Positions 52,501 through 63,323 of a stretch of 64,000 nucleotides of DNA are shown here, piece by piece; position 1 is the first letter of the stretch, and each line of letters begins with the position of its first letter. Origin of the DNA: Marsupella aquatica (taxonomy: Eukaryota > Plantae > Marchantiophyta); contig OZ316892.1 of assembly GCA_973895155.1 (NCBI GenBank), positions 14,376,861 through 14,440,860 on the forward strand. The letters run 5' to 3'. Under the pieces are notes generated by a model. It did no database searches. It was not told where the DNA came from and was given only the letters and a program-made list of their open reading frames with translations. The position numbers were made by a program, and so were the translations under genes.

Positions 52501-53082
52501 CTATTGACAGAGGAAAGACGGGAGGAAAGACGGGAGGGATGAGAAGGAATTGGATGGGAATTAACATCAAATGCCAGACCGACGATTGATTGATACTGTT
52601 CTCTTCGACAAATCGTAAGCTCGAGAGGAATTGTGTAAAGTCATTCTCGTGCTGGTGCTACTGCTGATACTGCTACCTCGGGATAGAACTGGACGGGATC
52701 GGATCACGTGACGAGACAAGACGAGTCAACGGGGTACTGGGAGGAGGAGAGAAGGTTGTGTGGGGCGATTATGGAGATTTGGAGCAGGAGGTAGGAGAGG
52801 CAGAGGAAAACACAGCGTGAGAAAGACAAAGAGCGAGAGAAAGGAACGGAGGAGGAGGAGGAAGGGCATTGGTGGACAGGGATCTTGGGAAGGTGTGGAT
52901 TATATTAGGGAGGAGGAGAAGTAGGACAAGGAGCGGGATGAGGAGAGGCAAGAGGAGCAGGTGGAGGAAAGGAAAACTAGGAAAGGAGGGAATTGATTGA
53001 TTTGGACAGAGGTTGGTCGATTTCAAGGAGCACCCGGAGGAGCATTGGAGTTGGAGCATTGGAGTTGGAGCATTCTGTTCCT

Positions 53083-53256
53083 ATGGAGGGTGAGTCCCCC
53101 AATATCAGTGGGAATGGCACTATCAATTACACTTCCTATGGAGACGAGACCGAGTTGGATTGCATCATGGCTCTTATTGATAAAGAACTGTCGGAGCCTT
53201 ACTCCATTTTCGCGTATCGCTACTTCATAACCCTTTGGCCGCATCTTCGCTTTATG
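53083..53256 (+). pseudogene. NAA30: Captured first exon of NatC catalytic subunit NAA30/MAK3
   Basis: INYTSYGDETELDCIMALIDKELSEPYSIFAYRYFITLWPHLRFM matches the NAA30 hallmark LSEPYSI(F/Y)TYRYF...WP. It ends at a GT donor (53257); downstream GNAT exons are not clearly intact. Confidence 0.8.
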
Positions 53257-54062
53257 GTTAGTACTGACCTCTTGGACATCCTTTCCCTCAATTATCGTGG
53301 TATCCATTTCAAAAATGTCTCTCCTGATATAGAAATGTCAGCACTCGACTATCAACCATGAAGACCAGGACTGTAAGTGTATATGTAGGGGCCAGCCAGG
53401 CTTGAAGGTATGAACAATTTGCACAAGAATGAGTGACAGCACTAACCAGTTCTTGTCCTTCACTCTTGATGTTCTCAGCCAGGAAGGAGGCAGTCGAACG
53501 ATGAGCTGACGACCATGAATGATAAGCAATGTTTCTACATGGCTTCGATCCTTGCTGCAACAAAGCAATGCACAGAGGCGTTAGTGTCAATCAAGTAACC
53601 TGGACATCAGCGAGCTGCAAACGATTCACAAGTTCTATTTCACTGAAGTTTCTAATATGATTTTTGGTGAAAGCTCAAAAATTTGTTTGTGCAAAAGGGA
53701 GACATTGTATTTTGCAAGCTGCAGTGATGATTAAGAAGCGTGGAGCGATGGGGTAACCCAATCAATGTCAATTCAATGTCAGGTTTGCCACTTACCCCTC
53801 CTGTACGTTGCAGCTGTTCGGGCTGCCTTCTCTCCATAGCCAAAGACTCTCGAGTTCCCGATGTTTACTCAAGGCAGCCTCTTGATTTTGTGACGGAGCG
53901 AGAATGGTGGTATTGTTTTGTCTATTTTCAAAGTTTGTCTCTTTTGGACCAATCGATCACAACGCCCCTTTGCAAAGTGGTGGGAGCAACCTTCTCAAAG
54001 TGGCGGGGGCAAGGTGCCTCATTGTTCATTTCTCAATTTGTAATGCTTGTTTGCTGTTGGCG

Positions 54063-54632
54063 ATGGCAGAGAAGAGTAAGAACGCACAGATTGATGTGTT
54101 GGCGGGAATGGAGTCTACGGCAGACATTGAGTGCATTCCTGAGAAAGAGATTGAGGCAAACACCAAGCTGGAGTCAAATGTTGAGATGGAGGCTAATTTC
54201 ACTCAGCTGGAGCCAAATGCTGATCCTGACGTCCAAACTGAGATGGATGCACTGGCTCGTGCATTTGAGAAGACAAGAGACACATTCGAGGGCATGTATG
54301 CACTAATGATTCCTAACGAATTCAGCCCAGGACGATTTGATTTATTGAAGCAAAGATTTCTTCAATGCGGAGGTTCCATTTGTTACCGGTTTAGTTCAAT
54401 GACGACGCATGTGATTGCCAAGAATTGGCAGACGATTTTGGCAAAGTATGAATGGGGGACTGTGGAGTTTTACTACTGGAGTGGGAGAGTGAAGTTCGTC
54501 AGCTTTGATTGGATCAGTGCATGTCTCTCTGTGAGGAAGCCGGTACCCACAGAAGATTTTGATTTGTATCTTCTTGATAGCTTCACGGAGTTCTCTCCAT
54601 CACCACAGCCAGCCAAGAAAGTCAGGAGATAA
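54063..54632 (+). CDS. Acidic N-terminus plus single BRCT domain (DNA polymerase lambda-like) plus C-terminal NLS, 189 aa
   Basis: FEGMYALMI...RFDLLKQRFLQCGGSI...FSSMTTHVIA...FVSFDWISACLSVRKPVPTEDF carries the BRCT motifs (F.G, GG, THVI, W...C) and ends in PAKKVRR. The ORF is uninterrupted. Confidence 0.8.
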   Translation: MAEKSKNAQIDVLAGMESTADIECIPEKEIEANTKLESNVEMEANFTQLEPNADPDVQTEMDALARAFEKTRDTFEGMYALMIPNEFSPGRFDLLKQRFLQCGGSICYRFSSMTTHVIAKNWQTILAKYEWGTVEFYYWSGRVKFVSFDWISACLSVRKPVPTEDFDLYLLDSFTEFSPSPQPAKKVRR

Positions 54633-55657
54633 GTTACAGTAGGGGTTGAGATTGAGGATCATAGTTTGATTTGTGCCGCAGTGCGATTGCGCCTGGATGT
54701 ATTGATTTGCACACTATATAAAGTTCCAAAGTGCCACTTAATTTAATGGAGTATGTCTGGGCCATACTGTCGTTCGCAACATTCTAGAAAAGCTGTGAGA
54801 GTTGTCGACAGCTTCTATTTGCTTCCACAGCCTCGAACATCCTGTCGACTATTGCGCCCACTCGAACCTATCTTCAACGAGCTTCTATTGCTCAGGCCGT
54901 ATTAGCTAAGGGCCCAGGGGGTCCCCCGAACACAGTGACATCCCCCCCCGAACACAGCGACATCCCCGAACACAGAGCCAAGTTCGAACACAGCGCCCGG
55001 GCGTTGTGTAAAATTGACGTTGTGTTCGAAGAAAAGGAACCTTTTTACACCAGGACCCAAAAATTGAAACTTTCGAACACAGCGCCCGGGCGCTGTGTTT
55101 GGGGGAAGACGGTAGTTGTGTTTGAAACAAGTAAAAGAAAAACAATTAGACCGTGTACCTGATGAAAAGTTGAAAAGTAACATTTCAAATAAACAAAGAA
55201 ATTGGCGAAAGGGAAATAAATTTAAAAACCTTTGGATGGGTTGTGATTGATATATTATTGTTTTCCAACAATCTTGAAATACCCATGGGTAGAAAGAAAC
55301 TCTTCAACTACTGTATCATTTATCATGGTAACTCAAGAAAGCTTTTGACTACTATGGATAGAGCAATACCAAGGACCATAAGAAACACTTTGGCTATTAT
55401 GGATATTTAAGGAATACCAAAGCATCATAATAATCCCTTTGGCTTCTATAATATTTTGCATGGAGTCTATGCTTGGGATGTTACATGGATTGTATGGACA
55501 TAGGACTACCAAGGGAGCTTTGTGCATGGACTACTAATAATCTACTCTTATTTTCCTCTCATCTCCATATTCAAAGTTATTCCAATATGCAATTGTTTAT
55601 GTTCTCTAACTTGTTGAATAACATTAAACTTACATAACCAAGGGGTCCTCTAATTAA

Positions 55658-55935
55658 TTTAGTCTTTTGGCACTGTGGTATATATAGTTAGTAAACTACT
55701 GTCTAACTTTGCCTTTGGGACCCTGCCTCCCGGAGTGGCGTTTCTGTTTTTTGGCATTGTGATATATATAGTTTAGTCATTTAGTCTTTGGCACTGCAAA
55801 ATATATAGTTTGGTCTTTTGGTCTTTTGGCACTGTGGCATATAATTATAATTAGTAAACTAGTAATGCTTTGCCTTTGGGACCCTACCACCTGTGGCATT
55901 CTTGCCTTTTGGGACTGCGATATATATAGTTAGTC
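55658..55935. repeat. Minisatellite array (right half), same family and orientation as 48890-49212
   Basis: 'tagtcttttggcactgtggtatatatagttagtaaacta...ctttgcctttgggaccct' units. Confidence 0.85.
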
Positions 55936-55977
55936 GACTAGTAAATAACGCACAGCCAGAATATTGAAAATAAGTCC

Positions 55978-56260
55978 AACTAACACTAATTTTTGTCGGT
56001 TTTCAAAACAGTTTTTTTACACTTTAGTTTAAATCGCTTGGAAAACATGGATGATCTTGAGTCCAAGGTAACACTAATTGTTGTGTATTTTTCAAAATAT
56101 TTTTTCTCTCTATTTTTCCACTCTTAAGACCACAGTAACACTAATTCACGTGCGCAAAAATAATGTTAGCACAAAATTAGTGTGACTAACACTAATTCAT
56201 GAGTAAACTCTGAATATGGGCACTCTCAAACAAATTAGTGTTAGTCACACTAATGAAGGT
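55978..56260. repeat. Cluster of AACACTAATT motifs including a perfect 22-bp inverted repeat
   Basis: 'attagtgtgactaacactaatt' (56176-56197) is the reverse complement of 56233-56254. Further 'taacactaatt' copies occur at ~55981, 56069 and 56136. Confidence 0.75.
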
Positions 56261-58489
56261 GAACAGTCTAGGTCCATCAGAGAGTCTCTAGAATATAATC
56301 CTCCTTATTTCATTTTATAACTTTCAAAACAATTTATCCACTGAAAGTCAGTGTGTTACACCAGGATGTTTAGACTATTCTTAGAATATACATTTAAATT
56401 TCTGTAGAGGTTTCACAGTGACACCAATAATATTTTGTTAGTGTGAAAATCCAAGTTTTAGTAATTGTTTATTTACTGTGTGAGCCACAATGGCAATACT
56501 GTAATCTATTCCGACAACCCTTCCCTTGCACTCCGGGAGGGTGCAACAAGTGACCAATGCCAATCAAGGAGAGAGGAAGAAAAGGAAGGATAGAGAAATA
56601 GGAAGCCCGGGGTTCTCACTTCTTTTCTTCCTACCCATCACGTGCGAATAAGTATAGGGTGTTTTATTGGGTTTAGTGAAATACTTTTAAATTTTTGTTG
56701 AAGAACATTAGGGTTATTTTAATCCAACTTTGAGAATTCTAAGAATCATAGGGTTTTTAAAATCAAATTTGGGAATATTCTTGGAATATTCCATTAATTT
56801 AGGGGTAAAAAATTCCTAAAAAAACTTGATTGACTTAACTTTTAGGGTGTTTATTCCCCCAAAACTTTGTGCGTGATATGGGACACCCCTTGGATTGAGG
56901 TCCCCGGAAGGTCGCGTGAACACTTACTAGACAAGGACTGATAAGTGTGTACTTTGTGTTTTGAAGGGGCCTGTTGGTTATCAATTAATTAACCAAGTCA
57001 TGAAATGAGATTTCTTTGCATTTACTATCATCCCATTCTCCTATGCTTTCCCCTGCGTGTTGGGTTTCTGGTCATTGGGATCCCATCTCCCACTATGGCA
57101 TTTTTGTTCTTTTAATTCGTACATTTGAATATTTCTTTGCGTATATTCAAAAATATAGTTGTATCATTCTTTATCACGGTACCCCACCTAGGTGCAGGAG
57201 CAAGTTTTGTGATGCCATCACCATTAACTCACATTGTTTAATCAGTAAACAAAAGGGGTGAGTATGAAATAGAGCATCGAACATGCCTCCCATGGGTTGG
57301 AGGGAACCTTGGAACTATTTTCCCCATCCCTCCTGTGCATCCAGCTCTTTGTATTGTAAAAGCTTCCACTGTTCACTACTTTACATTGACATATGATAAT
57401 TTCATGAGAAAATCAACAAGACATTACTTGACTTAAAGTCAGGGATAAAACACACTAGACAGTGTACTAACTATCTCATGTCTCAACTTTGTATCCGTTT
57501 CTTCTTATGGGTCTTGGTTCAACTTGGGAGCTTCAGATAGTCAATTGGATGCTTGGTTTGTTTTGGATTTAATGCGAGTAATATATTAAATCAACAGCAG
57601 CACGCCGAGGAGATGCCACATGGGACCCAACACATGCATAGAGAGGGAGAGGTCCACAATAAAAGTGGGGAAAAACAACCTTGGTAACAAAACATTGAAA
57701 ATGAAGCATGATACTCAATTATATTACAAATAGACAATACAAGCAATAATAGTTTACTTTCTAGATTCACCCTAAACTTGATCAGACACCCAAACATTTA
57801 CAATAACCCAATGTTGTGTTGGAATGGAGCAATGAATAAAATCAAGTGAGTTGCATAACAACTCTCCAAGACTTAGTGGAGTAATTATAACATTCCCCTA
57901 TATTTAAACCAAGTGCTTATTTTACTTCATTTGTTGTTGTGACCTTGCTGGACTCCACCCTCTACCGAGCCCTCTACAAGATCAAGCTATTATTTAGAAG
58001 GTGCAAGACACTGGTTCAACAATACACGGTGAAAATGCACATGAAGCCAATAGTGCCACTTCACCTACATTATGTACTAAGCGTAAGATTATTGCAAGTC
58101 CGATTTCAAACCCGCAAGAAAGAGTAACACAACTGGGAAATGAAAGCAAATGACAACAGAGGTAGAGCCGATGCACGCCAAAGGTGTAATGAGTAGGTAA
58201 AAAACTATGCAAGAGTAGGTATACAATATTAATAGAAGTTGGAGCAAGTGACTTTTGGCTCTACAAACAGTGTTAAATGTTAAGTGTATTACTGATCTAA
58301 ATTGGAGCGAGTGACTCTTATCCCTACATCCCGCCCTACATACATGTTATTATGGACCATGGACATCCTAAACCCTACTCCCAAAGATCATTTAGTATCA
58401 TGAGTGTCACTGTTTACAGTTTGGAGGCCTTCCAAAATTTATGGGAGTCCTTGAGTATTGTTAGGTATTTATTTTTAGGTCTTGGGTTA

Positions 58490-58770
58490 TGACATGTAAC
58501 TATAGCTAGACAAACCATAGTCGGAGACTTGGTTAAGTTAACTAGGTTGCACACTATATCCTAAGTGAATATAGTGTGTGCTTGGATAAGTGGAACTAAG
58601 GCGGGAACTAAGGCTCATTGTTACAAAGCCACTTGAGAGATAAAGAGAGCTTACATTGTGAAGACTTGGTTTAGAGTTCAATAAAGATTTACTCCCGTGG
58701 ACATAGCCTCAAGAAGGTGAACCACATATCTCTTGGGTTGACCACATGTGTGTTGAATTTGTCATGTGTT
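58490..58770 (+). mobile_element. LTR-like family core, copy lacking the extra segment of copy A
   Basis: 'catgtaac...tcggagac...gttaactagg.tgcacactatat...gcttggataag...cacttgagagat...agagcttacattgtg...ggacatagcctc.aggtgaaccaca'. Confidence 0.65.
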
Positions 58771-60690
58771 CAGGTTCCAGGTGCTTCTTATTTTGATTCC
58801 ATGACTTGGACATCGGTTGCCAACCTACAAATCCTCATTCAAAACCTGTTGCATCAAATTGAAATCTTAGAAGTAATCTTGCAAACAATTGAAGTGGAGA
58901 TATTCTGGCCTCTGGTCTCCTTCACCAGGTAGTACTGGAGGTATCGCTCAGTTTCAGAAACAAAAAGACCTCTAAGTGCGATTGGGCTGGTGGACTCCAA
59001 AACATGAATAGTCTGGCTAGGTTCTCACTGTGGTGTCTTTCATTGAGGTCCCTAGCTAGCTTAACCAAACAACAAAAAATATAAATTTCTAAGTTTGAGT
59101 TTGATTAGCACCCCCTTTAAGAATCCACCCTAAGAGCTGTGTTTTTCAATGGGACTCTTTTTGGTATACAGTACTGCCATGGTAACAGGGCAATTGGGGC
59201 CCCATAAAAGAGGTCTTCAGCTCACATTTTGAGTGGCTATTATTGCCCATAATCCACTTGTAACAAGGTAGTATATTCCAAACAAATTTTCCTTTTCCTA
59301 AATTTCAGTAAAACTAGAGGAAAGTTGAATAATAATGCCTATAGTTCTTTTATTTTCAGTAATCTTTAGGATAGCAAAAGTAGAGGAGACATTCAATAAT
59401 AATGCCCCATCCAAATCTGGATTGAACATTCACTTCCATAAAGCGCGACAGAGCACAAAGAGAAAACCGCGAACGGCATTAATTATTGGAGACAATGTAC
59501 TGTAGAGAACTGGGTAAGGTCGAGACTTTTTAGCAAGTGAATGCTCCCGAAAGGGCCGACGCGTTTCTATAGTCCCGGGCGCAGTCAAAAGGCTCAATAA
59601 TAACGGGTATTTGAGACGCCCGCCCTAGTAGTACTGTAGTGGTTATTAGGGTATTATTTGCACAGTTTGGGGGCAAAGCGAGCACCCACCGCGCCATGCG
59701 ACCGGGCACGAAGAAAGAAAGGGAGGACGAGCGAGAGACCGCCCTCACTCGGCCCTTTCTCCACGAAACGAAAACGCGAGGACCTTCATGTGCGCTTGAG
59801 GAAGCTTTCATTTATTCACGGAGGCAAAGTTTCGGAGCGTGCGAAGGTGCGAAGGCGCGACGGAGCGTGACGCGAGGTGGTCTCTGTTTTCTCCATCGGG
59901 ACCTCTTCCAACGATCGGGTGAAATCTGCCCGAGGTCTCCGCAATCAGGGTTCCGAAGCTGTCGAAATCCGCGCTCGCCTGGCAGCGCGTTGCACTCTGA
60001 AGCGCGGCGTCGGGACGGATCCACCTTGGCGCACTTTGCTGTAAGATTTCAAGCACCGCTTCTGGAGATGTTGCTTTTAATTTTCTGAGTCTGATGTGGA
60101 GTCGGTTACTCGTTTCTTATCCTTGATCTTGAGGTGCTTTACCGCGTTACGGGCGCATGCTCACTTGTGTCCGCTTAGGGCCTGTTTCGTCCTCTCTTCT
60201 ACTTACTCATTGGCTTCGATGGTGTCCTGTGAAAGTTGATCTGAACGATGTTTTCATTCTTTCTGCGTCCCTTGCTTCCCTGTTTGATCCGGAGTGGAAT
60301 GTTACCGTTTTCCCCGTCCTCGATTCACTTTGTTGTGTTTCTTGTAAGCGGGGAATGAACCCGCTATCGGACTGTCTTTTTGGGGCGTTCTCTGTCGCAA
60401 GCCTTTGATCAGCCGCCATCCTCTGCAGATTGACGTGGTGCGAGTGATGCGATTTGAAATTCCTGCTCTGTCGCGGTTCTTCTGTAACTCGATGTTTGAA
60501 CTTGACGAGAATAGTATGTAACCTGGATGTTTTCCTTTCGTCCGTCCCTCCTGTTTGAATTGCAGGGGCTAGAGCCTGGCACTTTCAGCCAACGGAACGT
60601 GGTGCCCTTGCCTGTGCGGCACAAAGTCTCAAGAGCGAAGGCAGTTTGCCAGAGTTCGTTGCTGAGGTTTTATTTGAGGTGTTATTCATC

Positions 60691-60924
60691 ATGGGAGGTG
60701 GCAATGGACAGAAAGCCAAGATGGCCCGCGAAAGAAACGAAGCAAAGTTGAATTCCAAAAAAGGGAGTCAACTTGATTCTAACAAAAAGGCCATGAGCAT
60801 CCAATGCAAGGTCTGCATGCAGACTTTCATCTGCACGACGAGTGAGGCGAAGTGTAAAGAGCACGCAGAAGCAAGACATTCAAAGACTGAGTTAACTCAG
60901 TGCTTTCCTCATCTGCAGAAGTAG
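60691..60924 (+). CDS. Small 4F5/C2H2 zinc-finger protein (At2g23090 / ZNF706-like), 77 aa
   Basis: MGGGNGQKAKMARERN...KGSQLDSNKKAMSIQCKVCMQTFICTTSEAKCKEHAEARHSK...CFPHL is the conserved plant family sequence. The CDS is intronless; there is a probable 5'UTR intron at ~60040-60565 and a GC-rich promoter at ~59650-60030. Confidence 0.93.
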   Translation: MGGGNGQKAKMARERNEAKLNSKKGSQLDSNKKAMSIQCKVCMQTFICTTSEAKCKEHAEARHSKTELTQCFPHLQK

Positions 60925-63045
60925 TCCTGGACCGCCCTTTATGAGAAAATGACATCATTAGTTAAGCAACTCTACAAGGGGCAGTGCTAACGTTGCATTC
61001 TTGTATGATATGGTCGTCCACGACGTTTTTAAATATGTTTGTTAGACTAGCACAAATCGTGTGCAAGACTCGTGCACGTCAGGTCAATTGTCAGTGTCCG
61101 GATGTACTCGAAGTTTCTGGAGGGAGGCAAGAGGCTTTTAAGAATGGTTGAGTGAAGTTTAGCCGTAATTTGTGAGTCTGTACGACAGTAGGGAACCTGG
61201 TGGTTCATGTAACTTCTGGCTTTTGTCTCACACACCCAAATTCAAATTCATTTTAGGCAATATGCCCTTTTCCCTTGAGACTTTTCAAGTAGCACTATTA
61301 TTTTCAGATTATTGTTCAAAGACATCTTAGTGTCCACGTTTGAACAGGACCCCAAGATTGCTTTGACGTGACTGGCTGAAACTTGGTTGAACTGTAGTTA
61401 TTGAATGCCGCCAATCAAATTGTCTATCTTTTACAAGTGGAATTAGTAAAGCAGAAATTCCCTCCACTGTTTGGTCCTTCGCTGCCTCTCGATTTTCAGA
61501 TGGGGACCGGCTTGTTCCTGCACGCAAAAGAGAATTCATATTTTACAGGGATCTCAGGGAGTTAGATTTGTATAGTGCTTCTGGCGATGAAGGCCTTTGT
61601 TTACCCACATCTCACTTAATTTGTGTTTCTTCTTACTCCGACTTCAAGGTGATCCTTGTTTACTCTCTTGGACTGGATTCGGAAAACTACAGCTCGGTAC
61701 TAATCCGATGGCAAGGGTATGACAGCTCGCAAGGTCTAGGGACAATGGCCGAGGTTATGCCTTTGTGTAACAATGTCGATTGTTTGCATTGAACGTCTCA
61801 GAGAAAATATTCTGAAGTTTGACTCCGATGTTTGTCTCAGCTTCCTTGGTAGATATTGTTGAACGGAAGCAGTTTGCTGCAAATCAAATTGGCGCACGGG
61901 CTTTTTAGTAGCGGTTTGAATACTGAAGGTTCATTTCTGCTAGATAAGCTCGTCAGGTACCTAGAGGTCGCCATTCGCCAAGTACTTTTGCATCTGAATG
62001 TGTTCTATCTCCAGAAACGGAAATTGCATAATTACCGTGCGGGGCTGACACTTTTGTAAGACGGTTTTCAATAACTTTTAAGAATTAGAGAGGGAGGCTG
62101 CCTTATTTGATATAAGGTGTTCCGGCGACGCAGATACTAAACATGATTTCCTTCGGATGTTCTGAAACACATGAGTTTTAGCTTCTTAACATATTAAAAG
62201 TAGACAGGTAGCTCTGATGAGGCCGTGCAGTCGATTGTGTCTGGGAAATTTCGGAACTGCGAAGTCCATCCTTTGGCTGAGAGTTTTGAAATCATAGTAT
62301 ACTTATTGTATGTGGGTGATGTTCCCTGGAAGAGGGACTGTCTTTCTCTGCAGATTTGGTTGAGTCCAGACTAAAGTTTATTATTATTACAAGATTATTC
62401 AAGGAGTGAAGTGTCAGGGAAGTGTAATCATTTGAGTATTCTTTATGCAGGCGAAGACAAAGTGTAAAGCATGATTTCTTTTGAAAGAGGTCATTGCATA
62501 CATAGTGCGTGTGTAGTATCATTACATCTGGTAGAGTGCGACCTTCGGTGCTTATCTGTTCCCGTGCATCTGCTTCAAGTCCTGGATTGTATATCATTGA
62601 ATCAAGATTCTAAGTCGAGATAGGTCGTTCTGTAAGAGGATGATGGGTACTTTTGCTTCGAGGGTTTCGTTGATTGTTACTTTCGGCTTTCGGAAAGGCG
62701 GGAGCACGATTGGTAGGATAGAGGCACATCGAAGATACACGACTAGGGGCACAGCCACAATTTTGCGGGGTTTTACTGGAAGAGGTTGTGTAGCACCCAA
62801 GCGATGGCTGAGGCTGCACAATTGAACATTTCTGCTCTTTGAAATGATAGGAGGCACTGCATTGTCTGGCTAATGTTTCTACTGGTTTAAAAGCCTCCAT
62901 TGTCTGACGCTGCGTTCTGTCTGACTGGTATCTTAAATTTTAGGCAGGAATTGACTTTACTCCTTTGGAGGTTTTGGTTTTGCTGATCGTCTTTCATCAT
63001 TCCTCTTAGGACAAGTAGATTTGTCTACTGAGGCGTCCGACAGCA

Positions 63046-63323
63046 ATGGCTTTCCAAGAGTTTAAATCGATGGAACCTTGGATCCTCGTACCTGGGCGTC
63101 GCAAAAGTTCAAATCAATTGAACCAGGGAATCCTCGCACCTGGGCTGTGCACAAGTTCAAGTCAATTGATTGAGGAATCTGCTTGCCTTGGATCTGCACA
63201 ACTGAAGAACGTTCATCAAGTTATTTTTCTTACCCGTGAATTCGACAATCCTGGGCTCTGCAGTTCACAGGTTGAAAATCAATTTCTTCTTACTATGAAG
63301 TCAACGCGGGAGGGTCTTTTAGG
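63046..63323 (+). other. Possible exon with internal ~48-bp repeats
   Basis: AG acceptor near 63009, ATG at 63046 and a GTAAGG donor at 63324. Repeats 'atcctcg.acctgggc.....caagttcaa.tcaattg' x2 plus a diverged third copy. No family recognised. Confidence 0.25.

Larger units (their letters stand above)
49332..55112 (-). mobile_element. Complete pogo-type (Tc1/mariner-related) DNA transposon with cargo, 5781 bp
   Basis: 41-bp TIRs at 49332-49372 and 55072-55112 (CCGTCTTCCCCC[G/A]AACACAGCGCCCGGGCGCT..., 38/41 identical), TA on both sides (49330-49331 and 55113-55114), subterminal repeats and an internal transposase. Confidence 0.93.
49211..55657. mobile_element. Putative MITE-like element hosting the pogo insertion
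   Basis: The left end 'attacggacccccatgg' and right end 'ccaaggggtcctctaat' are imperfect inverted repeats. The flanking minisatellite resumes in register after the right end. Confidence 0.4.

Noticed and set aside
53256-53885. In-frame NAA30-BRCT fusion via the acceptor at 53813
   Set aside because: The splice is phase-compatible but hits TGA at ~53883 before the BRCT ORF.
59530-60624. Cluster of ORFs up to 149 aa
   Set aside because: This is the promoter, 5'UTR and intron of the zinc-finger gene; the composition is not protein-like.
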